Shown here in pieces: positions 24,890-37,082 of a stretch of 64,000 bases of DNA (its first letter is position 1; each line of letters starts with the position of its first letter). The notes below the pieces were generated by a model. That model ran no database searches and was not told where the DNA came from. It was given only the letters and a program-made list of their open reading frames with translations. Position numbers and translations under genes: made by a program. This DNA is from Callorhinchus milii (taxonomy: Eukaryota): NCBI RefSeq assembly GCF_018977255.1, contig NW_024704743.1, positions 29,886,001 to 29,950,000 of the forward strand. Direction: 5' to 3'.

Positions 24890-25852
24890 TACCAGCCACC
24901 TCCGCTCCCTTAAAGCACAGGTGCGTGCTGCTGTACGCACCTGGCTTAAATCAAACTTAATGGTCCATCGGTAGATCTGGCTGGACCTGATTAAGTCCTA
25001 CCACTCTGCTAAATCATCGTTCTACTCCAGGACAATCTTGGAGGCCAAGGACAATCCCAGGCTTGTTTTCTTCATCACCACCAATGTCTGTCAGAGATCA
25101 AGTCCTGGATGAGAGCTAACTTTCTTCAGTTGAATGTCAACAAGACCGAGGCCCTCCTGATTGGCTCCCATCAGCGCCTCCTCACCTCAAGCGCTCACAG
25201 CATCGCCATCCATGGATACACATTCCACCTTGCTAAGCCAGTCCGGAACATTGTCATCTTCCTTGACCCTCAGCTATCCTTTATACCCCACATCCATGCC
25301 ATGACCTGCTCTTTCGATAATTTAAGGCCTAGAAGATCATCCAGAACTCACAGTCCATGTCCTCTCCCGCACCAGGCTCCATGACCCTATTACCCCCATC
25401 CTCACTCGACTCCACTGGCTTGCCATCACACAGAGGATACAGTTCAAGATTCTGGTCCTCACCTTCAAAGCCCTCCATGGCCTTGCTCCCTCCTACCTCT
25501 GCGACCTCCTAACCCTCTGTCAACTTTCCCGGTCCCTCCACTCAGTGGTCTCTGGCCTGCTTCATGTCCCCGCCTCACCTGCCCCACCATTAGCGGGTGG
25601 GCCTTCAGCTATTGTGCCCCCACCCTCTGGAACTCCATCCAGCAGTCCCTCTGCCTCGTCCCTTCCTTGGCTCCTTCAAGACCCATCTCAAGACGCTCCT
25701 CTTTGAACGTGCTTTCAATTACCCTCCTTCCTCCCCTACCCTCCACCCTCCCCAACCCCCAGCTCGGATCCGAAATCTGACTGTCCAGCACCTTAAGACA
25801 TCCCCCTGACATGAAAGGCGCTATACAAAGGTAATTTTGTTGTTGTTGTTGT
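24890..25852 (+). mobile_element. L2 copy with two internal deletions
   Basis: Segments align to about 31195-31400, 32360-32595 and 32758 onward of the long L2; (ttg)n tail. Confidence 0.88.
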
Positions 25853-25890
25853 CTTGAGTTAAGAGTTACAATGTCTCTGCTCATTCACAG

Positions 25891-25989
25891 TGAAGGAGCT
25901 GGTTGTGTCAGCCGGAAACAATATTGTGGTCACTTTGCCCAAAGATGAGATGGAACTGAATATTTTCGTGGTCCCAGCACCATCTGCAG
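25891..25989 (+). CDS. KIAA0319: KIAA0319 exon 5 (start of PKD1)
   Basis: cacag|TG...CAG|gtgag; VKELVVSAGNNIVVTLPKDEMELNIFVVPAPSA; 99 nt. Confidence 0.95.
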
Positions 25990-27503
25990 GTGAGATTTGC
26001 ACTGAAGAGTGGGTTGAGCAATTTACTTACTACTGGTGTCTGACAGTTCACTGGCATCTAGTGCTGTATGGCTGGTGCATGTCTCAGTGTCACACAGTAG
26101 CATAAATGATGAATATCACATGGCTGTTGCAACAGAGGAACAAGAGCAGGGCGGATTATTGATAACAGAGCAAACCAGCATCATGAACATGGAAAACAGA
26201 AGCTGGTATTTAGCCCATCGTACTATCTATCTCCCTTTTAAACAAACCAATTGATTTTTCATTTGGTTTCTCAACCATCGAACACCCACATGAATTCCTT
26301 ATATAAAGTCTACACTTATTATTATTATTATTTTATACGCCTCCTTTACGGATGAACAATCTGAGGCAAATGTGGGCTTTTCACGGTGTGTATTTTAACT
26401 TTCTTACTTCATAGATTGTTCAAAGACTGGATGGTTAATTTTACAGCATTTAGATTACTTTAAATAACCAGAAATAAGAATATGGGGTGACTTCCATTAT
26501 AACACGGTGGTTACGGTCCATAATTTCAGAGTCCATATTATAACAGGGCAAGTTAAGATATGGCTGCAGTCGTCACGTCACGGCTGATGTTACTTCCTGT
26601 GTGTTGCGTGCAGGACGCAGGGAGTGATGTTAGCAGTGCGTGCAAGAAGTGATGTCAGTGGCGCTTTCTCTACCTGGAAATCTGAATCCCTTATTCTCTC
26701 AACCACTTTAAATATCCCAAGGTTATTTTCTCTTCCTGTTTTTGTTGATGAAAACCATTGATCACATTTTGCACTTTCCTCAAGACAAGATAAATATCAC
26801 AGCGAGAGTTTGCAATCCAAACTGCTAAGCCATCTGGAACTCCCACAACAAATTGAACAATTGACAAAGATATCAATGTTTTGTTCTATGCAGTAATGAC
26901 AATTTTGTGCATTTTGATGCATGCCCTGTATAGTTGCTGTCTCAACTGCACTACAAAGTGTGATTTTTGATGCCAAACCTATGTTGTATAGTTAGTTCAA
27001 AATAAAAATGGCAGCATTGGAAGCAGTAGGGGTGGACATTTTGGTTTTGCCAGGTCAGACAGACGTCCAGCCCCAGACAGACTATCAGATATCTGATGGA
27101 TATACCACCAACTGAAGGGTGTACCAACTGTCTCCTTGCAGAGCTGCCAAGGTCCAAATGGATGTGGAGCCACTACAGAGCTCCATGTCTTTACATTTTA
27201 AATGTAAAATATTTTACAATGTTTTCATAGTAGAAAACCATAGGAACACTAGAGAATGGCAATTGGTGTACACTTTTCTATAGGCTTTCCCTGCCATTAC
27301 AAACACACTGTCAAAGGGCTCAAAAATGCATACCATGTTCAATATCAAGCAGTCCCTTAGTTGCTAAGTAGTCACTGTGGTCAGTGACAGAGTTGTTCCA
27401 CCTCGTGTTTACAAGTTGATCATGTACATTGTTTGGGCCTCAGTGGGAGTATGTATTAATAGATACCTTGGCTTTGTGTTTAACACTATCACTGACTCTG
27501 CAG

Positions 27504-27601
27504 AATCCTCCTACAAATATCAGTGGGATTTGATAAGCCATCCTGAGGACTACAAGGGAGTAATGGAAGGCAAATACACTGAAACGCTCAAACTCACTCA
27601 G
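27504..27601 (+). CDS. KIAA0319: KIAA0319 exon 6 (PKD1)
   Basis: ctgcag|AA...CAG|gtaagt; ESSYKYQWDLISHPEDYKGVMEGKYTETLKLTQ; 98 nt. Confidence 0.95.
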
Positions 27602-28034
27602 GTAAGTGATGTACTTTGATCTATTACCAGCTGGATTACAAGTGTGAACTGCAAAATAATTATATTGCATTTGATATAGCACCCTATCATGTCGTCGAGA
27701 CATCTTAAAATATTTTACAGGATGTAAAATGTAATGACTGCACAATTTGTAAGAAAACATGGCAGCCAACTTGCACACAAGTTCCTGCAAAAGCAGACTT
27801 TCCCATGTATAGAAGACTGCTGTTTGTCATTCTGAATTAATTCTATTTGTATTACGCAGATAGCTAATAAGGCACAGAATGTTACTCTCTTGAAATTACT
27901 GCTGAAATAACATCCATGCAAGATACCATTTAATATCCTCAAATAAGGAAACATCAATTGCCAATCCATAAATTGAAAAGAAGAATGAATAAGCTGACAA
28001 AAATATGAGTCTGACTGGTGTTTTTTATCTTCAG

Positions 28035-28122
28035 TTGTCTGAAGGTCTGTATGTCTTCAGAGTTGCTGTGGTTGGAGACAATGCGTATGGAGAGAGCTTT
28101 GTGAATGTGACTGTGGAGCCTG
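28035..28122 (+). CDS. KIAA0319: KIAA0319 exon 7 (end of PKD1)
   Basis: ttcag|TTG...CCTG|gtaag; LSEGLYVFRVAVVGDNAYGESFVNVTVEP; 88 nt. Confidence 0.95.
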
Positions 28123-28730
28123 GTAAGACTGATAGCATTTTGTTGACTCAGCATCAGATGAGAAAATGATTCTGCCAGGCTCTTCCTTTACAGTGGGAGA
28201 TGACTGCCTGCATTTTAGTGGAGCTGACAGAATCCATTCTCTGGCCTGACAGACTGAACTGCAGAACTGTGAGAAAGCACATGTAGGCTCCTCACTCTAT
28301 CATTTACAGTGTGCTTCTAACACTCAAATCATTTACATTTTAATGACATTTCAAAGTACTAACCTGGGTTAGTCGCAAGCATTATATATTAGAATTTTAG
28401 TCACAATGCTAATCTGATTTGGCACCATGCCAAATAAATTCTGAGTTTAACAATTTAGTCCACATGCACATTGCGACTTATCTTTTCGGTGGCTTTGGAG
28501 GGGCTTTTGATACCTTAGGCTCTGAATCCTTTATATATTTGGGGATGACATCTGTTCGTAAAGATTACATACAGTGTAAATGTGAATGCTGCTTTTGAAG
28601 TGAAGTCGCTGCATTCTGCTACTTTTTTNAAAAAAGTCCTTGTTCAAAAAACGGCTCCTTTTCCAAAACAGAAAATGGCTCAGAAATGTAAAGTGCCACT
28701 GTTACAGCAAGGAGAAAATACTTCTAATAT

Positions 28731-29095
28731 AATAATAATCCTTGCATTTGGTAATGGCACCAATAATGTCAAAATACTCCACAGGCTATTGTTATAAATA
28801 AGCCATGAAGTGAATGACCAATTTATCTGGAGGTTTATTGGCCAGGACACCAGGAGAAACTCCCTTGTCTTTCAATCAGTGTCACGGGATCTTTAACATC
28901 CATCCACCTGAACAGGCAGACAATTTAACAACTCATCTCAATTTAACAATTTATCTCAATTTAACAACTCATCTAAAGGACCGCACCTCTTACAACCCAG
29001 AGCTCCCTCAGAACTGCACTGCAGTGGCACTCGTTGACATGAACCCACAATCTCTGATCCAGAACAAGAGTCCTGCCAATTGAATCAACTTGACT
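28731..29095 (-). mobile_element. Older DeuSINE-like SINE
   Basis: ttggccaggacaccaggagaaactccc...gggatctttaacatccatccacctgaacaggcaga is the reverse of the Deu-like middle. Confidence 0.7.
28921..28974 (+). repeat. 18-bp tandem repeat, 3 copies
   Basis: caatttaacaactcatct / caatttaacaatttatct / caatttaacaactcatct. Confidence 0.9.
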
Positions 29096-29348
29096 TGACA
29101 CCACCTTGTAATGCCACATTCAATGTAGAAGTCTGACAGAAATCTAATTGCAGTCATTTTACATAGGTGAATGGTACTGTAAGGACTTTAGTTCACTTTA
29201 GTTAGTAAAGCAGAATGTTTGTGCAGCAATATGTAGTGGGACAGTATAGTGCCTTGTGAATGATATTATTGATGTAAAATTGATGCACTGTCAATTAATA
29301 TAAATATTATAATTTGATGCTGACATGATCTATTCCTTTCCCCTGTAG

Positions 29349-29441
29349 CTCCACGTGTCAATCAGCCACCCGTGGCCATCGCCTCACCCAAGGCACAAGA
29401 CGTTTTCCTGCCGACAACATCCATCTTTATCGATGGCAGTG
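29349..29441 (+). CDS. KIAA0319: KIAA0319 exon 8 (start of PKD2)
   Basis: ctgtag|CT...AGTG|gtatgt; APRVNQPPVAIASPKAQDVFLPTTSIFIDGS; 93 nt. Confidence 0.95.
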
Positions 29442-29910
29442 GTATGTAGTGCTATCAAACCAATGCATAATATGCAGCTAACTGAAGAATATGTACCGGC
29501 CTGCAGCTCGAAGGGACACCAACTCGAAAGTGTCTGGGAACCTTTTTTGTTTTGTTTGGAGAAGGGGACTTATCAGACGACACCTAAGTGATAAACCGTT
29601 TTATTGCCGTTTACCTGGCTACGCTGTGACTGAAGTAAACACACAGAAGTTTGCCGAAACTTGCTTTACCATGAGGTCGTGTTCCTTTAAGAATGTGTTT
29701 TAATTTCTGTAAGTAGACAGAAAGACAACATTGGTTTTAATCTCCAAAACCCAGACCTTTGGTTTGTGTGGTTGCTCTGAACTCCTGAAGCCTCAATAGA
29801 GTTGACAAACCTTTACACAAAAACCTTCATATCTTCACATTGCTTTCTGTTTTGCTTCTACAGCTGTTACAGGTGGTAAGTTTTGATGCTGTCAATATCC
29901 TCTTCCTTAG

Positions 29911-30043
29911 AAAGCACCGATGATGACAGAATAGTGGATTATCGCTGGGAGGAGATCAAGGGTCCCCTGCGAGACCAGAAGGCATCAGCGAATGTCCCCA
30001 TCCTGCACATCTCTAACCTAGTCCTTGGTAACTACACACTCAG
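29911..30043 (+). CDS. KIAA0319: KIAA0319 exon 9 (PKD2)
   Basis: ccttag|AA...CAG|gtaaag; ESTDDDRIVDYRWEEIKGPLRDQKASANVPILHISNLVLGNYTLR; 133 nt. Confidence 0.95.
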
Positions 30044-30299
30044 GTAAAGGCACAACTGTTTGATGTAACTTGCTTGTGTGAATGATCCAGACATTGTTCT
30101 CTGTCTTTTCTTTGCTCATTATAAATATTTCCTTCATGCCAATATCAAGGGGATTAAATAGACGTACCTGGTACAGACCATTAATGGAATTGGTAAAGTG
30201 GCTGTGCTCCCTCACAATGGGATTCAGTGATCGCACCTCAGAGCTATCAGAGAGTAGTCCCATTGGTGATCAGCAGCACAGCCCATCTACTGTAGGGCT

Positions 30300-33221
30300 T
30301 CACACACCCCACACCCTTCTGTCAACCACTCCTTCCACATCGGACTACAAAACGTCCGCTCCCTCTGTAACAAGGCCCTGGTCATCAACGATCTTATCCT
30401 CGATGAGAGCATTGACATCATGGCCTTAACGGAAACCTGGCTCACCCCAGGCGACACCTTCCCCCTCACGGAGGCCACACCACCCGGCTACACCTCCCAC
30501 GACATCCCTCGCCCCAACTGCTGTGGCGGTGGTGTAGTCCTTATCTCAAGGACACCACTTGCCCTATCCCCCTACTCCTCTGGCTCTTTCCCCTCTTTTG
30601 AGCACCTCACCCTCTCCCACCCCTCCTTTCTCTCACCCAAAATCCTCCTCCTCTACCGGCCCTCTAAAACCTCTCCCACCTTCATCTCCGATATTTCTAC
30701 CCTACTAACATCTCTCTGCCTCTGTTCTGATCGCCTCATCATCCTGGGTGACTTCAACCTGCACTTCACCCCTCCTGCTCCATCTCCTCAGACTTCTCCT
30801 CCCTGCTCTCCTCGCTCAACCTCTCCCTCCATATCAACTCCGCCACTCACAGTCACGGCCACCCACTCGACTTGGTGATCACCCGGGGCCTCAGTGTCTC
30901 GGATGTCACCATTACCGACAAGGCCGTCTCCGATCACCACTTCATCACTTCACCACCTCCAACCCCTCCCCACCTCCACCAGACCCACCACCATCTTCTA
31001 CCGCCCCTGGAAGAAGTTACCCCTACAATCCCTAACCGCTGCCTTGGAGTCCTCTGAACTCCTCTCCCTCTGGTCTTCAACCCTCACTGACACCTCTTCT
31101 GCTCTCACCCTCCTCCACAACACCCTCTCCTCCACACTCGACACTCTTGCCCCCATCAACTCCCGTACTGTCTCCTACTCTCGCTCCTCCCCCTGGTTCA
31201 CCACCCACCTCCGCTCACTGAAGAGCCAGGTGCGGGCCGCTGAACGCACCTGCCTCAAATCTGGCCTAACGGTCCACCGACAAATCTGGCTGGACCTCCT
31301 CAAAATCTACCGCTCCACTCTAGCCTCGGCCAAGTCGTCCTTCTACTCCAGGATAATCCTGGAGGCGAAGAACAACCCCAGGCTACTGTTCTCTACCACA
31401 TCCCGACTCCTCCATCCCCCCCGCCACCCCGCGCAGGTCATCTCCTCCAACCTTCACTGCGAGGAGATGCTGGATTTCCTTGAATCCAAAATCAAGGGAA
31501 TCCGCTCCGCGGTCACTTCCCCTCCAACATCCACCCACCCCCCACCCCCTCCCTCCCACACTCCGACTCCTACCCATCCTCCCCTACACACCTTCGTACC
31601 CGTTTCCCCACCCTCTGTCACCAAACTCATCCTGTCCCTGAAACCCACCACCTGCTCCCTTGACCCCATCCCCACTCCACTCCTTATCTCTCAGCTCCAC
31701 CTCCTTGCCCCACATATCACAGACATCATCAACCTGTCCCTCTCCTCTGGCTCTGTTCCCATTCCCCTAAAAACTGCCACCATCACTCCCACTTTGAAAA
31801 AACCCTCCCTTGATGCGTCGCAGCTATCAAGCTACCGGCCCATCTCCAACCTCCCCTTCCTGTCCAAGGTCCTTGAAAGAGTTGTCGCCTCCCAGCTGCG
31901 CTCTTTCCTCTCCACCCATTCATTATTCGAACCCCTTCAGTCGGGTTTCCGTGCTGCCCATAGCACAGAAACTGCCCTGGTCAAGGTCACCAATGACATC
32001 CTGACCATCTGCGACCAGGGCTCCCTCTGCCTCCTCGTCCTCCTCGACCTATCGGCAGCATTCGATACGGTCGACCACGCTATCCTCCTCCACCGCTTGT
32101 CCTCCCACCTCAACCTTCAAGGCCCTGTCCTTGAGTGGTTTAGGTCGTACCTCTCCCACCGTCTTTTCCACAAACGGCTTTTCCTCCAGCACCCGCACTG
32201 TCTCGTGTGGTGTCCCTCAGGGCTCTGTCCTCGGTCCCCTCCTCTTCACCCTCTATATGCTCCCCCTTGGTGACATCATCCGCAGACATGGGGTTAACTT
32301 CCACATGTATGCGGATGACACCCAACTCTACCTTTCCTCCTCTACCCTCAACTCCACGACCACCGATGTCCTGACAGCCTGTCCGACATCGAGTCCTGGA
32401 CGAGAGACAACTTTCTTCAGCTCAACGTGCGCAAAACTGAGGCCCTCCTGATTGGCTCACGTCAGCGCCTCCGCACCTCAGGCGCTGACAGCATCAGCAT
32501 CCAAGGCTGCACTCTCCACCTCTCAAAGCCAGTCAGGAACCTCGGCGTTCTGTTCGACCCTGAGCTGTCCTTTCTTCCTCATATCCGCGCCACAACTGGC
32601 ACCGCCTTCCATCACCTCCGGAACATCGCCAGACTACGGCACTACCTCACCCCTCACGCTGCTGAAACTCTGGTCCACGCCTTTATCACCTCAAGGCTGG
32701 ACTATGGGAACTCTCTCCTCGCCGGCCTTCCCGCCACCTCCCTCCACAAGCTGCAGGTCATTCAGAACTCTGCAGCTCGTGTACTGTCCCGCACCAGGCT
32801 TCGCGACCACATCACTCCCACCCTCGCTCGCCTCCACTGGCTCCCCATCCCCCAGAGGATCGAATTCAAGATCCTCATCCTCACCTACAAGGCCATTCAC
32901 GGCCTCGCTCCCTCCTACCTCTCCGACCTACTATCCCCCTACCTACCTGCCCGTACCCTCCGTTCCTCTGGCTCCGGTCTGCTCCACATCCCCCGCCCCA
33001 ACCGCCCTACCATCGGTGACCGGGCCTTCAGCCTCTCAGCCCCTAGGCTCTGGAACTCCATCCCCCAGTGCCTGCGCCTTACCCCCTCCTTGCTCCCTCC
33101 CTTCCCTCCCCTCACCCTGACCATTTCCCCCCTGCTCGGGTCCTGACCCAACTGTCCAGCACCTTGGGACGTCCTCCCGACGTGAAAGGCGCTCTATAGA
33201 TGAAATCTTGTTGTTGTTGTT
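30300..33221 (+). mobile_element. L2-clade LINE with almost complete ORF2 (APE endonuclease + RT), frameshifted
   Basis: HIGLQNVRSL...DIMALTETWL, LGDFNLH and SDH (endonuclease); [42 protein letters not shown] and YADDTQLY (RT); C-rich sense strand; L2-type 3' end with (ttg)n tail. Confidence 0.95.
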
Positions 33222-34099
33222 CAGAGAAAGAGAGAGATATCCTTGAGTCAGTCAAGAGATGTTGCTGTTTTACTGCATTCCCTATCAGAGACTCAGAATG
33301 GCAACTAATAAATTTATTGTTTCAGCCCCCACTGTGTATGATTATCATACAGAGGAATGACATTAGTTCTGTGTATAGTATCGGTTGGCCACGTGGAGGT
33401 CAGTGAAGTGTGTCCCCTCTTGCTCATTCCTGTTACTGATAGGAAATCGTGCTCCTGTACCATATATATTGTACCAACATTGGGGTTGAGAACCCTGATG
33501 TAAAATTGGAGAAAAATGACACAAGTTGTAGTCAGCAGTGAGAATGATAAAACCTGTGACATATGGTAGACTTTGCTTATTCAGCAATCGGATACAGGTT
33601 TAGTACATGTTTATAGACAGGCAGACACACACACACATAGCCTGAGAGAGAACAGAGACTAAAAGCGAGTCGGAGAAAGAGACAGACAGAGCAGAGCGAG
33701 TCAGATGCAGACAGAGAGAGGGAGAGAAACTCTATGGTGGGAAAGGGATTGTGTAGGGAGATGAGGGCAAAATGCCGACTGGCACAGTGTGGTATTTAGT
33801 GACAATATAACTACTGAGAAAAGATTTTATTAATAAAACTAAGCGTTGTATTTTTTGTGATGATCCAATATACTGTTCAGGTGTACAATGGGACGATTCA
33901 CAGACTCTCTACTATACTGTGACTTCAGTGAAGTTCTTTCACTTTGCCTCTGGCTTCACATGATAACCAGTGTTATGATTGCTAATTGGCAATTAAACAT
34001 TTAGACTGTGGTCTTAGTTCTGCTGTCACATTCAGTCATTAATATAATCATTTTTGTTTGATGTGGAGAATTGTTCCACACGGTGATGACCTTTAGAGA

Positions 34100-35160
34100 T
34101 GAGAACCTGTAATTAATGCCGGTGATTAAAGGTGAGCCCGTCTGCAAGATAATACAGAACCAGAAAAGGTGCCTAGAAGTTACTCAATCCCAAATAACTA
34201 TTTGACTTATCCGAGTGGCTATTAACAAATAGCTGTTTGAGCCAATGCGAGTCTGGCAATAGATGCTTCAGGTCGGTCATCCAGGCTATTCTGATTGACT
34301 CCATGGTATACTTGGGCTACATCACCAACAGCAATACCAATGTTAAAATTTCCCTGTGTGTAGTAGTGACGGTGTGCAGCTAGTGCTGAACTATCAGGAG
34401 ACCTCGGGGAAAAAATGACAGATTTGGAAATCCTGCCATGGAATTCCATATTCAGCCCTCAAAGATTTAAAGGTGATGATTGAGGCGTTCGTGACTAAGT
34501 TATGTGGAGATGTCATTCTCCAGTGACGAAAACCACTTTTAGCCAAGTCCAAGGGCATGTCGGGTTTATGGCTAGTGTAGTCTTGTAGACTGTTGGGACA
34601 TTGAGGGAGGAGCAGGCTTCTCCAAGACCTGCTGTCCTGTGGCAATGATATGATGCGCTCACATCGCTTTAGGGTGGTTTCTGAGGGTGTGAAAGGGAGT
34701 GTACTGAGATAGAGGGCTTTACTGGCAAACTACAGAAGAGTCTGCCTTATTTCACACCACAATGCCCCTCAGATGGGCCCTTGGCAGTAGTATTTGAAGT
34801 TTGGGAGCACAAAACCACCCTTCCCTTTTTAATAATTGGAGGTGGCTCAATCAAATCTGGAATGTCTTAGCCGCCCAGATAAACCCTGTGATTTGAATGT
34901 TCAAATACTCAAATTCCCAAGAGTGCATTCAGACAGGGAGCATCTAGACCAGGTGAAGCAGTTTCTTCAGGGTCAGATATGTGCACCAGCACATCATCCA
35001 CATAAAGCAAGATTCCGTGCTCAGCTCCACCTGTGTACACACTACGGATTTGGCAGAACTCCCGTCTCGTCACTGCAAGAGGTTCTGTTGCAAGGACTAC
35101 CAAAGGAATATATAGAGGGCATCGAGGATGGTGTCTCTCCATGAAGAGCATAGGCAGAAG
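34100..35160 (-). mobile_element. Decayed L1-clade LINE ORF2 fragment
   Basis: Minus-strand frames give CPL...LATEPLAV...GGAEHGILLYVDDVLVHISDPE, KGGFVLPNFKYYC and IITFKSLRAEYGIPWQDF, resembling fish-type L1 RT and post-RT motifs. Confidence 0.72.
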
Positions 35161-36062
35161 AGGAATAACTTTGGAGTGTAATGTGACTGAGGGTTGGGAT
35201 TACAACACTCTGACACTTAGCAATAGGCCATTTTGTTCAAGGCTGTGAGCCGGCAATCCCACTCCATGCGATCAAAAGCCTTCTTTGTGTCCAGGGATAG
35301 CACAGCAGAGTCTTTATTACTATTATTGCAATGATGAATGCAGTGGCAGGTGATATCACAAGCTCAAAGTACTGACAGGACACAGGCCTTGAATCTGCAA
35401 CTTTCTGACTCAGAAGCAGGAGTGCTACCAACTGAGCCAGGCTGACTCCTGGGATTTAGGAACTGAAAAAGGCCATAACTTCATTAACATGTCCATATTT
35501 TGATTCTCAAGACCATCACCACAACCCAACCAACTGCTCACTATTTTCCTTCTCTCTCCAGATCCTTATCTCATTGCCTCTTGATTCAATTCATACACTC
35601 CATTTCAGTGTCCTTCCCTGGTAACTTTATCACTCTTTGAGTATAAAGATTTGGGATGACCTCCCTCCTTACTCTTTAACTACCTGCTTTTTAGTTTGTG
35701 TGCCTTACATTACTGAACAGAAACTCTGACTGAGAAATCTAACCAGTCTGAGCAGCTGTGGCACAGTAATAGCAGGTAGAAAAAGCAACACGCAAATCAC
35801 TGGGGATAGGTAATACAAATGTAAGAGGGTTCTTTAGGAATGTGATGAGTGTAAAATACTCAAGCTTCACTTCTGTGTGTTACGAGTTTTCTGGAATGAT
35901 TTCACACTCACTGCTATTCTGTGTCACACTTTGCACAGAATTAGAACGCATGAAGTAACAGCTACGATACATTCTTCAAGTGCAATCTCGTGTGAAGTGG
36001 GTGAATAATACAGTAGGTTCTACTGTAATCCACAAGTGCAATCCACTTCAACACAATGACCC

Positions 36063-36455
36063 TACAACAACAACAACAAGATTGCATTTATAGAGCGCCC
36101 TTCACATCGGGAGGACATCCCAAGGCGCTGGAAGTTGGGTCGGGACCCGAGCAGGGGGGAAATGGTCAGGGTGAGGGGAGGGAAGGGAGGGAGCGAGGAG
36201 GGGAGGGAGCGAGGAGGGGGTAGAGAGTCGAGAGGGGAGCTGAAGGCACGGTTGAAGAGAAAGGTCTTGAGACCGGCCTTGAAGGAGGAAAGGGAGGAGG
36301 CAACGCGAAGGCACTGGGGGAATGGAGTTCCAGAGCCTGGGGGCTGAGAGGCTGAAAGCCCGGCCACCGATGGTAGGGCGGGGGATGTGGAGCAGACCGG
36401 AGCCAGAGGAACGGAGGGCATGGGCAGCTACCTGGGGGGATAGTAGGTCGGAGAG
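36063..36455 (-). mobile_element. L2 3' fragment, closely similar to the long copy
   Basis: Reverse complement aligns to 32920-33221, with a (caa)n tail at the left end. Confidence 0.9.
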
Positions 36456-36674
36456 AATGAATTAGAGAATGAATCCCATTTTCTATATACTTGGGAAAAT
36501 ATCTAGTGTCAAGGTATCCTCCCGGGTGTTAACATCCTTTTTCCAGTTTCTGCAGATCCCTTCAAAATATTTTTCTCTGAACAAGGAATGCTGATGACAT
36601 AAATAGGGAATTGGCTTGGTGGAGCTAATAATAAAGAGATTCTAAGCAATATCTTCTTTACAGAAGATCCAGGT

Positions 36675-37082
36675 GTCAGCATGGTTCAATTGGTAACACT
36701 CTTGCCTCTGTGTCAGAAGGTTGTGGGTTCAGCCTCATACCAGCATTTTGAGCTCATGGTCCAGTGAGATACTCCACTGCATTATTGGAGGTTCTGTCCT
36801 TTGGATGATACATTAAATGGATGTCTCATCCATCTGCCTGTTCAGGTGGTTATTCAATATCACATTGCACTATTCACATAGAAGGCAGTTTCTAATATCT
36901 TGGACAACAATCCTTCAGATAAAATTGGTCGTTCATTTCATGGCTTGTTGTGGACCATTGCTATGTGAAAATGTGCAGCTGCATTTGTCTGCAAATACAG
37001 TCACAACATTTTATAGAAATTGTGTGAAGTTCTTTGAGATGTTTTTGACATTATAGGTGTATCAAGTTGAAGGATTATTATT
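36675..37082 (+). mobile_element. Older DeuSINE-like (SacSINE1-like) SINE
   Basis: Head ggttcaattggtaacactcttgcctctgtgtcagaaggttgtgggttca; middle cctttggatgatacattaaa...gcactattc; same L2-type tail. Family name recalled, not searched. Confidence 0.7.

Noticed and set aside
28621..28637. Palindrome acttttttNaaaaaagt centred on an ambiguous base
   Set aside because: Homopolymer junction with an assembly ambiguity; not evidence of function.
30894..33146. 459-aa and 239-aa ORFs as a host gene or active retroelement
   Set aside because: They are frameshifted pieces of L2 ORF2 with a deleted C-terminus.
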